DNA of 64,000 bases, taken from the NCBI GenBank assembly GCA_964035545.1, contig OZ037769.1:2604001-2668000 (forward strand), written 5' to 3'. This DNA comes from Bugula neritina. Taxonomy: Eukaryota; Animalia; Bryozoa. The translations under genes and the position numbers were made by a program. The notes under the pieces are model-generated. The model saw only the letters and a program-made list of their open reading frames with translations. It had not been told where the DNA came from and searched no databases. Below, one piece after another: positions 51,921 through 64,000 of the stretch (positions are counted from its first letter, which is position 1; the number at the start of each line of letters is the position of its first letter).

Positions 51921-54900
51921 TATCTATTCATTGCTACAGGGGTCCACTAAGAGATCATGGAATACTCTTCAATGTAGCCATTTTCAGTGCAGATAATTTC
52001 AACCAATGCAACTAACAACCAAGCAAAGTAAATACCACTTAATGCGTTATTGATTAATTCATTTCCTAATGATGATAACAGACATGAGATTGGCTTGCTT
52101 TCAAGTTTCACATAACGTTCACATTTCATCACTCTACGCCTGACTGCAATGTGAAACTCTACCACAATTAAGTCAGGTAGATTAACAGTGTAGACTGTAG
52201 AACAATATAACTCTAATATGCCCCCCTCCATTCACATGAGTAAATCAACAACTCTATGAAAATTAAACCCAGCAAAGTTTGTACACTTGAAAAACTTATA
52301 GTGGTATTGGTTTAGTCTTGTACTTTCTGTTAGTATGATAATTGCATGTGCATCGGAAACCCCCATGAGTCGTGAAGGTTTGCATTGTATGCTAAACACT
52401 GTGGAGACTGGAGAGATGCCTCTAGAGATATCAGGAGATATTTTTAGAGCTAGAGGATTTGAGCAAACAGGTTGTTAATGCACTCTTACCAGATGGGAAT
52501 CTCTATGAAAATTACAATTACTCACAATAGTCGTATTCACAATAGTTTAATCACAATTTGTTGTTTTCCCATTATGAAAAGTTCTAATATATACCGAGTT
52601 AGCTCATTTGCTCATTGATACTCTAACTTCCGGTACACATAATAAACTTTATCTGTGTTTTTGACTGTCCAAGTGGCTCTTGAATTTCTAGCCCATCCCT
52701 AATCGTCTCTTGATAGGGTCACCTGTCCATTTAGTTTGGTTTACGTACACATGGCTATGTTTATTCAACCTAGAAACTTAAATATTGCATAATAAAATCC
52801 TATTTAATTAAAGTATCTTACCCTTTGGCTCTCGTTGATACCTAACTAATAAGGAATCAAAAGCATTCACAAGATTATATAAGTAAATTCAGTCTGATAA
52901 AAAACACCACCTAATGCTAATCGTCTTTTTGAATTGTTCATATTTGATCAGGGAACATGGTTTTTCGTTCACTGTTCATTTTGTGACCTCAGTCAGTTGA
53001 ACTGTGATTCAATTTGAAAAAAACTTAGCCAACTGTAGATAATAACGTTATTTTTATAGCTAGACAGCTTATCTACAAGCCGAGGTGCCCTAAAAAAAGG
53101 TGGGTTAAGCAAATGCTCCGTTATTAAGCACATTTTAGCGTGCTACCCACAATCCCTTAGAACGTTTACTGCGCTAAATCAGTTTAACTGCTCTTTGCTC
53201 AAGTGCCTTGATAGGCACTCTTGTTCTAGCAATAATGTAACTTTACAACTGCAATAGTGTAAAGCACTATAATAATACGCTAAAACAAATATCTTTACAA
53301 TTGCATTATATAAATCACTATATTATGCTAAAACACATATTGTCTTTACAAATGGAATAATAATATGTGCCAACACAAAAATCTTTACATACTTGATTTA
53401 CTAAAATTCGCTGTTCTTGGTATAAGATGCTGTTTTATGTTCTTTTTCCATCTTTTGACGTGAAGACATGAAAAGGCAATATTTTATATTTGCTTTTATA
53501 CTTATTCTAAGTTGCTCGTGTAATTTTATATTATAATCAATCTATTAAGCTTACCTAAATCAAGCAACAGCAGAGAAAAAGAGAAAGTTTAGCAGCTGAA
53601 ATGTTTGTCATTAACTCACCACATGAATGGTTCTTACATAATATTCGCATCTGCTTTTAATTTAATTTTCTTGCATGTGATGCTATTGTATAATTATACT
53701 GCTTTACCCTACATATTATAACTAAAGAAGTTGTACCAGTTTCAGTGTTTTACAATAAACTACATTTCACCAAGTACAGCAAATCTAAAGCTGGTTGTTT
53801 GTATGGTCATTTACAGACCAATGGAAACTACTAAATGTACTCTAACCTTAACACCGAGTCATAGAAATAGTCTTGAGATGAAGTATGCATCTATATACTT
53901 TGTGTTTATTCTTAATTGGTGAAAACTATATGAACTGTTGACTATTTAGGAAAACCAGAAGTAAAAATCCCTAAACTTTGGAACTTAATATTATTTGCGT
54001 TTTATTTTACCATTTCTTCTTTTTGGAAAATTTACTCGGTAAAATTTCTGGTTGGAAAATTCTGGGTTGGTTTGTATGACTGATGAAGCCTACAAATCAA
54101 TAATTTACATTGTTTCTGATAATCAGTTCAATCAGTTCAATAGCTAAGACTAAGAATACACACATTGGCTATTATATATATTCATTTTCCGCTTGATTGT
54201 GGTAAACAATAGTCTACTTTCCATAATGCAGTTGCTGAAAATATTTTCTTTGTTTTGTATTCAAAATATCAACAACTAACAATCATACAACTAGTATAGC
54301 TTTGATTTTCAGGGGCTGATAACTTCAAAAACTGTTTATTGAGCCACTAAATAATAAGCCAACTAAAATTTGTTAGATGAAGCTGCTATACAGATTTAAA
54401 ACTTATATGTCTGTCCCCAAAATATATGAGTGCTGTTGTTTCTATAAAATTAATTACTTTTAGCAGCTGTTGAAGGTTGTGCTAAAGTTAATAAATTTAT
54501 TATTTACAGTTGAAATTTTCGCCAGTAGAACACTAGTATAGTTGTTAATTAGAAAACAAGGTTCATCTATGAAATTTAAACACCTTTTTTTGTAAAATAC
54601 AATCATTTATTATTTAATGTCTGTTTATTTTATTAATTCTTTATAGATTAGTTATTATTTTCGATGACTGGTTGAGGATATTGAAGTAAAATATTTGACA
54701 CTTTGTTTTCTATGATCATAAACTTGAAATTATTATGGTCTAGGAATCAATGATGAGCTAAGAAATCATGTTGTCTCTTATTTTAAATATTAGTTATTTT
54801 TAGTTAGTTTTATGCAGGTATGCAATATAATTCAGTCTGAGGGACAATAGAATCTGAATTAATGATTTTTTTCTTTAGTTTAGTTTAGATGACCAAACAT

Positions 54901-56700
54901 GTGATCACCATGAATTAAGAATTGTCTTGACATAAAATGTATGTAGTATTGTGAGCACATGGGTATAGTGTTGTGAACACATGTGCTGCAACATGTTTTA
55001 GCACCAGAGACGTCAACATGCTTTTAATATTTTAAAATTAATGTTATTAAATGCACGCAATTAGTTTACATAAAAATAATATATTAAAAGATACGGTTTT
55101 CTTATGAACTTTGTGCTGACATTATTATCTCATTTTTGGCATTCCATGACGTAAGACACTGAAATGACAGACTTTTAGTCTAGTAATAAATCATAAGGTT
55201 GACCATGGCACTCATATACTCGTAGTTGATTATGGCACGGCATTCATATTTTTTGTCATTACAAAATGTGTTGGTACAATTTTGTTTCTGATTATTCCTC
55301 CTATTGTCTGCCAGAAATATTATTATGCTGACAATCTGTTTGTAGAACTCCCCTTGGTAAAAAATGTTGAGAAATTGACTTTTTATGGTACATAGTCCAG
55401 TGTTGTTGGCTTCTTTTGTTTTAAATTTGTGTTACTTTGAGTGTCTGCCAAATTATATTAAATATAAATACTTAATTTGGATCTGACAGAAATATTTTGT
55501 ATTATGATTAATTGGCAAAATATTCAGGGTAGAGGCATGTTGCATTTTCTAAATGATTGATCTTTTTTACTTATTTATTACCCTATTCAATTTTTTGTTT
55601 TGATTTTCTCTATTCCGTTTGCAATACTTCAGCTCAGGTTGATCAAGTTTGTGTTAAATTTCATTAATAAGGGAAGGGGGGTTCTCTTCAATAGTGGAAG
55701 GGGAGGAGGGTCCTTTGAACAGTGGGAAGGATCTACTTTTTGTGTCATTTAATAAACATGCAACTAATCAATCTACAGCTTGCTGAGGTGTGACAACTCC
55801 AAATTCTCATGTGTAACCATCGGCTTGAAGTTTGGTTTTAACTACCGGGCTGACAACTTTCTATTTTCACATTCCTGATCTCTTTTGAACTTTTTCTAAA
55901 ATAGCTAGACTTCTCATCTACCCAAATAACAAAGTTTTAGCTGAGAATTGAACATATTAATTCTATAAGATGTGAACTCTGCCATGGTTGCCTTCCATCT
56001 TATTGTTTGCAGCTGTCTCTTATAGTTACCCAGTAACCTTTAGTAACACTTGGTGCACGCGCACCAGCATGGCCTGATCACGTGGTCTACCACAATAATA
56101 TATAACCAGTGGTGAAATTCATTGACACTTCAGTACATGCTTTCATTTCAATCATACTTCAAAATATTCTTCATAGGGTGAGTGTTGCATCTAAGGGTTT
56201 TAATTTTTTTTTTCAAGCAAAATATATTCTTTGCTTTGGGTTTATTTAAAAAATTGTGTTGGTTACCTTTATTTCGGTGTTTGACACTGCGAAGCCCCAG
56301 AGAACAAGTGCACCTGTTGGACTCATTCATGAGATGATTACTACTAGCTTCTATGAATTGAAATATTAAAGTTGTTAGTAACGGATAATTTAATTGAATA
56401 TTGTTGATACACACCATTTAAATAATACATTAATATGTGCTGGTAATTCATTCATGCTTTATATTTCATCTAATATATTATTTGTGTGGGCTGAGGCATA
56501 ATATAGATATGTTGGTCATTGACTAGTGCTACCCTTAGCAACATTGAAAGTTAAATTTGTTCAACCAACTTTCAAGTGCAATTTCAATATTTTCAATATT
56601 AATTTATTAGTAAGTGAAACTCTTCTTTGGAGTTATTATAAACTGTAGGCCCCTACTTACAGTTACTGGACCTACAGTTACTCTATTTACAGTTACAGTG

Positions 56701-56935
56701 CTTACTATACTTACTATACTTACTATACTTACTATACTTACTATACTTACTATACTTACTATACTTACTATACTTACTATACTTACTATACTTACTATAC
56801 TTACTATACTTACTATACTTACTATACTTACTATACTTACTATACTTACTATACTTACTATACTTACTATACTTACTATACTTACTATACTTACTATACT
56901 TACTATACTTACTATACTTACTATACTTACTATAC
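56701..56935. repeat. (CTTACTATA)n, about 26 copies
   Basis: Perfect 9-bp tandem repeat; source of the spurious LTI ORF. Confidence 0.98.
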
Positions 56936-57136
56936 TATACTGTATCTGTTGAAACTTAGAGAAAAAAATTAGGTTACTTTTTGCTTTGTCTTTTTTAAAT
57001 GATCGTTAAAAAATTGTGTGCCCAAAAGTAGAAAAGTTTAATAATGCTGAAAATATTGCTGAACGTTCTACTTAAATTGTGAATGCAATAAATGGATAAT
57101 AAGCACAATTGTATTTTTTATGCAGGTTCCCTATTC

Positions 57137-60100
57137 ATGATGTCTAGAAACGCATTGCTGTGTGTTCTGATTATGACTGCGGCAGCAGGAGTGACTGCGG
57201 CAGCAGGGGTGAAGGCAGCCAACCAGACTCTCTCCTCACAAAACCTGTGCATCTTCAAACACATGATAAAAGCTCACACAGGAAATGAAGATTTAACTCT
57301 TGCAAATGTCGCCATGTTGTTTAACTCGGTTACCATTAGTTACCACGAGAAAGCACCTGCACATGCCAGTCTAGTTGACATGACAGTAAGTAACCATTTC
57401 TCTTCTCTAGCCATCTTGGGTAGTGTCTCGGTATGTCTGCAGGGTATAGTGGGTAGCAAAGTCACGTAAAAGTAGCAATATTTGTAAAATGAAACAGAAA
57501 ATTGCATATACAAGTATTTACAGTGAGTGCTAGTTGATGTATAAACTACATACATAGTGCTAAGACAATTCTGCAAGTAACAATATGATGGCATAAACAG
57601 ATGTATTTTCATAGAACAAGTTTGGCTAAAATTATAAAAAAAGTTTGCTGAAATAAAACTAACTGGTATAGTGTTTTAATATAATTATATTCTATCATAA
57701 GAACTGAATTAAATTGAAAGGAATTCGATGCTACAATTAACTTAAACTATTTAAAGTATTGGATTAATTGATACAAATCTGTCCATCATGGAGGGTCATA
57801 TTTCAGTGTTAGATCGACTAGACCTAATTATATCTATATGCACTCTATAGTAATAATATCACAATACGTCCTGGCAACGCACTCAGAAATATCAGCTAAA
57901 ACCACTGCAAATTTTTACCATGAATTAAATACAAGTTAATTGATTAGTGCACGAAGCTAAGATACTATAAAATATTGATATGTTGACAATACTGACATGT
58001 GCTTGATATAGACCCCACAGACAGATGACAGCGAGCTGCAAGTGCACGCAGGTGGCAGACTCAAAAGGGCTCTTCATCTCCTGAACGTGGGACAGGAAGT
58101 TAACGAGAATCCTGCGGATTTGTGTGAAGTTGAGATTGAAAGTGACTTACACAAGGTATACACTTACCTAGTATGTGTGTGCGCGTTAGTGCGTGAATGT
58201 GTGTGAAGTGACTTACACAAGGTATACCTAATGTGTGTGAAGTGACTTACACAAGGTATACCTAATGTGTGTGAAGTGACTTACACAAGGTATACCTAAT
58301 GTGTGTGAAGTGACTTACACAAGGTATACCTAATGTGTGTGAAGTGACTTACACAAGGTATACCTAATGTGTGTGAAGTGACTTACACAAGGTATACCTA
58401 ATGTGTGTGAAGTGAGGTAAAATATCTCTAAGCTTTAATGTCTAGTTTAGATAATTTTGTTTCCATTTTTACAACAATTTTACGTTTTGTGTTTCTTCAA
58501 GGCTGTAAAAACTTTTTTAAAGTTACTTTGGTGTAGTAATTCTCACAACTGTAATTATTTTTGTTTCTTAATTCTAAAAATAGAGAGTTTTCACAAAAAC
58601 TCAGGGTGGGGAATAAATTAAAGAATAGATTTAACAAAATGATAGTCAGCCTATTGGATTGCATAATATAGTGCTGTTCCATTTGCTATTTTTAGTGTAT
58701 AATTGAGTTATTTTCGAAGAAAAATATTTTGTATTCGGTGAATGATTTATTGAGCTGTCAAGGGCAGACGACTCATTGTGTTGTCACATGGCCAGTGATT
58801 TATTGCTTTGTCTTCATTTGCTGGCTAACAAGTGTCAAAAAATCCCAAACAAAATAAATACATTTTTTCATCACATTATTTTCATAGCAAAGCGAAAATG
58901 TTAATGAATCAAAATCATATTAATCAAACAATCATTTACTTTCTCTGGCTCCATAGATTTTTTGTATTCAGCTCAAAATGCGAATTTAATTTCAAGTCAA
59001 TCGCAACGGTAACGAGGCATTGAAATGAGTTCAGTGCTGACATCACAGGTCTTCTAGAATGAATCCGGGAGGAATGCCTGGGCAGGAGGAAAATGTGTTT
59101 TTATATTTTGCCCAAAGGCTGTATATTTTCTATTTTGCCTGAGGTTTTTAATTTTGCTCAGTATTTTATATGGTGTGTTTTGTGACCCTCCCTTTATGAT
59201 GTGGCTGAGGTGGCACCTCCCATGCTAAAACTTGTTACGTAATAAAATTAATTCTAAATTAGTGCCAGGATGAGACAATGAACTTCATGTGTCACATCTC
59301 CATGACCTAAACATGACACTTGAAATGTCTGAGATCAATTTTCATAAAATTATAAATCATATTAGCTAGGCAAACACTCCAGTTGCATTTTATCAGTTAT
59401 TAACTATTAATGGAGCTTTTGAGATTTTACAGCCCTGCCTGAAGGAAGTATCAACAATGTTATTGTAGTAAACTCTTCCATGGAGATTATCAAATATAAA
59501 GTAATAAATTAGCTCAAGATATTCTGTGAAACAGTCAACACTTTGTTTATATAAATGTCAAAATACACAGTTCCAATTTAGCACCTAGTTTTTGCTACTG
59601 CAGCTGTTGGATATGTCAGAAGTATGAAAGATGACCGAATCATTTAGTTTTAGGTGTTCATACCCAAAGAATCGGTTAAACTGATCCAAAAGTTTATAAA
59701 ATCATAAAAATTGAAATAAAATAAAACTTACAATTGAAAAAAGTATTTTTTATCAAAAGTTATGGAATGGCGTAAAGTTAAAACTTTGATGTGTAAGGAT
59801 AAAAATGCTGACTATCAAATATGCTGACTTGACTAGCCATTACTTCGAGTTGACGTCAGCGCTCTCATTAAACTCTAATAAACTGCTGCTCAATCCCCTT
59901 TCATTCCTTGCTAAAGTAGAAGACATGTTTGTGTAGCAATAATTTCACATAGCAACACTTGCTGTCTTCACGTTTTCTCAAAACTTTGTTGACTTTACAA
60001 TCTTATTGGCAGCAGAAAATGAAGGTTACAAAGTGCAGCATTCCACCATTGTTATTTTACTACTTGTGCATAAATACGTGCCTTGGCATGTGGTTTTTTT

Positions 60101-61768
60101 GGTTTTTTGATGCCACACTGTAGCGGTTTTTTGTAAATGTGATGTAGACTTTTAGAGGCTGTTGAACTGTAGAGACTGTTGCAATTCACTACAAAAACAA
60201 CAACATATTTATGCAAAACAAGTTTATTTCTTTTTTATCCAAGTACAGAGCAAAGGAGTACTTTAAAGTGTCTAAGCTTTATAGAGAATATAATTTAGTT
60301 TGCCTCTAATATCTAGTTTTCTGTTTGAGCTGGAGCTATGAATGCTATGAGCTCAAAGCCACCTGTAACAGGGGAGGACAATTGCTATGCATATCAAATG
60401 CTTCTTGTGGCTTTAGTGCTTGTCTGGCGAAGAACTGTTAAAACAGAAGGGGTTCACCGACACCCTAAACGATACAGGAGCTAGTCGAGAACTTAGTATA
60501 AGGGAATTAGAGCTGCTCAGCCCCTCACTTCTCTTTCAACTCACAATGACACCGTGCATTCAGCACCAGCATTCATTCCTTATAGAAAAGACAACTCCTG
60601 CCCCTGTCAGTGCTACCCATGCACGCCCTTACCTAGGTATGTATCTCAATTCTCATTGGTTGATTCAATAGAATATCTCAATTCTCATTGGTTGATGAAT
60701 TAGCATTTTCTAGGATATATTGCTAGCCCACGTTTACTTTCTGCCAAGCTTGAAGTCAATTTTTCAGACTACACAAAGCTTTAGAACAGTTCAAATATTT
60801 ACTTCAAGAAACATATAAGAATCTAGTAAATTCGGTCCGGAAATAATATTTTTAGTATATGACCGAGATTTTAGTCTTTAGTCAAGTTTAGAAAAGCTTT
60901 TGTATTAAATAATATTATTGTGAGACCTTTGACCCTATTTGATACCTGTATAGATGTGTATCTTTATTCATACCGTGTTTAGTATTTGTATATGTATAAT
61001 ATATAATACGTATATATGATACTTGTTGTATAGGCCTACCAATGGGTAAGATACTGCTAAACATTTGCATTGTTCGTGTGGCTGTCTTTGCAACTCCTAT
61101 CATATTTCTAGCCTGTTTTCCAGCCTGTGTAGTGATAATGTTATTTTATATGTTTGTAAGAGTACCTATGGGCTGGTCACTAGAGCTATGTTTGTAATAA
61201 GAATCACTATATATAAGAGTTAGTATATACTATATATTAGTATATACTATATATTAGTATATACTATATATTAGTATGTACTATATATTAGCGTATACTA
61301 TATATTAGTATTTCGTATACGTTAGTGTAGCTGTGTTGTCACTAGTATTTCTTAGACTGAGCTCTTTGCACTGTTGGACCGTTGCTATGCTTCATGTATT
61401 TGGGTTGTAGTTTTGTTACCAGATGTCGTATTGTTTTACCGCAGCTTTCCTGCTGAGTGTGTTACCCTGTTTCTACTCTTACTATAGAGCTAGCCTACCT
61501 CCTTTTATTATGGAATATTTAATGTGAAGTGAGATATGTACAACTCCATTGAAAAGCTATTGTATATAAACCATGACAATAGTGATATTCAAGATGACTT
61601 GATTTAGTAATTCTCCATCGGCTGTCTACACATTGTAGTTTATTTAGATTTCCCAGTGGCTTTTCCTCAGCTTTACATACCTACACTGTGTTTGATTTGT
61701 TTGGCTGTAGTTATTTTTCTGCTGTACACAGAGAACAATTCCCTGCATTCATATATGTATATATGTAT

Positions 61769-61811
<43 letters not shown>

Positions 61812-62066
61812 AGGAAAAGAGCAATTTAATTATATAGATGTTGTTTTATTGTACTAATAATAGTTTCATGCCTCTTTGGCACTCCTCAGGCACAATATAT
61901 TGTGCCTGAGGAGTGCCAAAGAGGCATGAAACTATTATTAGTACAATAAAACAACATCTATATAATTAAATTGCTCTTTTCCTCAATAATATAATTGCTC
62001 ATTATTATACACATAATAATTTGAGCACTTTTTTATCCGCTGTTTTTAAAAATCTCACGATACAAT

Positions 62067-62104
<38 letters not shown>

Positions 62105-63474
62105 CAATTAAGAGACTCATTTCTTTATAAAATTATGAATTATTTCTCAATACTCAAGTTAATAATGTGTTGGGGATGGTTTGTAGCACACATTCGTTTT
62201 ACAGCCTGGATCGGGGCCATAAGCTCTGTGGTTATCATCAGCGTTGCTGGCATAGCTGTTATATCCATCATCCCTCTGATTAAGAAGTCCTTCTACAAGC
62301 AGGCTATACAGTTCCTAGTAGCCTTAGCAGTTGGCACATTGGTTGGGGACGCCTTACTACACCTCCTACCTCATGTAAGAATTTTAGTCTATGTATCATT
62401 TCCTTTCTCTTTGAGTTATTCACTGCAACAGATTTGTTTGCCTGCTTTTAAAAACCGTCTGATGAGTATAACATTGCTGCTGTATCTTGTTTAAGAAGTT
62501 TTCAAAGAAGACACAACTCTAAGCTATCACCTTGTAGCAGATTTCCTGTAATAGAAGTTTTCTCTTTGTTGCTAAGCAACAAAGAGGAAAGATACTGTGT
62601 TGCTAGGTAACGCAGTGTCTTACTCATTTCTAAGAACGAAAGAAATTTCAACTAAAGAATTTCGTTTACTTTGTTTACCAGAAAAAAAATTAATTTTTAC
62701 AGTAAAATTTTGCCCGGCCTGTAAGTTAGCTCAAGTTGGTTCCTTCCCTCCCCGTCTTATCACCAGCTGTTTGTTGCAGGCGTTGAGTGAGCACGAGGAG
62801 GTGGAGTCAGATCTGCGCTCCTCCAGTCACCACGTATGGAGGGCTAGTGTAGCCCTTCTCGGTATCTACATATTCTTCAATGCCGAGAGAGTCGTGGGAG
62901 CCATTACCAGTACAAAGCGTAGGAAGAAGGCCCTCGCTAAACACCAAGCAGTGAGTTTTGACTCTCAGTCTAACTCTAAAATGTAGCCTCAGGGAACGTA
63001 ACGTAATATTTCCACTTGTGAAATTATTATCAGTTTTTTAAACATATTTCATATGTCTTGTACTTTTTTGTAATTGTCTCAGTGACAGCATTGAAATAAC
63101 TGACTTTACAGTTCAAATAACTGACTTTACAGTTCAAATAACTGACTTTACAGTTCAAATAACTGACTTTACAGTTCAAATAACTGACTTTACAGTTCAA
63201 ATAACTGACTTTACAGTTCAAATAGCTGACTTTACAGTTCAAATAGCTGACTTTACAGTTCAAATAACTGACTTTACAATCCTTATAGTGTGATGTTGCT
63301 ACAAGTTGTCGTTTGTTATCACAGAGTGGTGTGTATTATGTAATGTTGAGTTGAAATGTTTCTCTTGACTGTTTTCACAGGATGGATCTGGTGAAAGTAC
63401 TAAAGATAAATCGGACATAGTCTCCTGTGGGTCTTGTGCAGAAGTTCCGTTTGTTAGTGGCCACAGTAGTAAAG
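57137..63474 (+). CDS. SLC39A10: LIV-1 subfamily ZIP zinc transporter (ZIP10/ZIP6/foi-like), 5' part; continues beyond window
   Basis: Exons 57137-57385 (signal peptide), 58021(or 58012)-58155 (RLKR), 60417-60636 (CLS..LSPSLLFQL..PC, PAL-like motif), 62205-62374 (AWIGAISSVVIISVAG..QFLVALAVGTLVGDALLHLLPH), 62780-62950 (VWRASVALLGIYIFFNAE), 63381-63474. A further exon near 63843-63907 is likely but its frame is unresolved. Exact orthologue (ZIP10 vs ZIP6) not determinable. Confidence 0.9.
58141..58415 (+). repeat. 34-bp minisatellite duplicating exon end and splice donor
   Basis: agtgacttacacaag|gtatacctaatgtgtgtga, about 7 copies; the first copy overlaps the real donor at 58155. Confidence 0.95.
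61802..61993. repeat. Perfect 192-bp palindrome next to (TA)n, each arm holding a hammerhead-like motif
   Basis: Centre at 61897/61898, 96-bp arms, no spacer. Confidence 0.95.
61898..61948 (+). ncRNA. Type I hammerhead-like motif (mirror copy on minus strand, 61847-61897)
   Basis: Stem I tattgtgc/gtacaata; core CTGAGGA(61906-12); stem II GTGCC-aaaga-GGCAT; GAAA(61928-31); stem III ACTA-t-TATT has a C-T mismatch next to the core, so it is probably impaired. Confidence 0.65.
63095..63279 (+). repeat. 21-bp minisatellite, about 9 copies
   Basis: aaataactgactttacagttc units. Confidence 0.96.
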
Positions 63475-63742
63475 GTTAGTTACTAGTGACTAGTGAGAGT
63501 AGTAAAGGTTAGTTACTAGTGACTAGTGAGAGTAGTAAAGGTTAGTTATTAGTAGTGAGAGTAGTAAAGGTTAGTTATTAGTGAGTAGTGAGAATAGTAA
63601 AGGTTAGTTATTAGTGAGAGTAGTAAAGGTTAGTTATTAGTAGTGAGAGTAGTAAAGGTTAGTTATTAGTGAGTAGTGAGAGTAGTAAAGGTTAGTTATT
63701 AGTGAGTAGTGAGAGTAGTAAAGGTTAGTGAGTAGTGAGTAG
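63465..63742 (+). repeat. 23-33-bp minisatellite duplicating exon end and splice donor
   Basis: agtagtaaag|gttagtta.., about 10 copies; the first copy overlaps the donor at 63474. Confidence 0.95.
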
Positions 63743-64000
63743 TCATTCATGAATGAATACTCACTAAAAAGTTGTTTTCAAGCATTAACTTTATTTTATT
63801 TATTACAATTTTGAGTATGTTAAAATTTCAACATATTTATAGAAGATGCCAGGTGTTATGCTGGTATGGTGATTCGAATGTGTCCTTGCATCATCATAAT
63901 AATGAAGGTATCAAAACAATAACAAACCCTAGCTTTAGATCTCTGCCAGCTTAGACTCAGTTCATATATCTAGTCTAAGTTGTGGTTAGCTTACTACCAG

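Noticed and set aside
54078-54110. Other CTGATGA occurrences as hammerheads (also 50497, 62459)
   Set aside because: No stem II or GAAA, and no stem I/III pairing.
52479-57845. MRE cores (TGCRCNC) at 52479, 55052, 56054 and 57839 as an MTF-1 cluster for the ZIP gene
   Set aside because: Scattered, and a rough expectation of a few per 10 kb at this base composition makes the count unremarkable.
63843-63907. Definite next ZIP exon encoding SLHHHNNE
   Set aside because: The His-rich frame is attractive but does not match the phase-1 donor at 63474; left unresolved and excluded from the CDS span.

Overview
AT-rich, intron-containing eukaryotic DNA, most likely an invertebrate animal; most ORFs in the supplied track are low-complexity artefacts or partial exons. 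By following GT-AG sites and intron phases I reconstructed six + strand genes: (1) the 3' eight exons of an unrecognised protein (7-3198); (2) a 13-exon EF-hand protein with an unrecognised C-terminal region and a 14-nt microexon (4629-17979); (3-5) three tandem, diverged CREBRF/REPTOR-family bZIP paralogues (20590-24619, 33355-37996, 43696-46534), all lacking the normally invariant bZIP basic-region Asn; (6) the 5' part of a LIV-1 subfamily ZIP zinc transporter (57137 onward). The introns hold non-autonomous DNA transposons (a 1.7-kb Mutator/foldback-like element with 9-bp TSD, a Kolobok-like TTAA element, MITEs), minisatellites that often duplicate splice sites, and hammerhead ribozyme motifs next to (TA)n tracts: one intact minimal type I hammerhead (9487-9533), a decayed partial copy (16065), and a perfect 192-bp palindrome with two back-to-back hammerhead-like motifs (61802-61993). 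Family assignments rest on recalled sequence motifs, not database searches.
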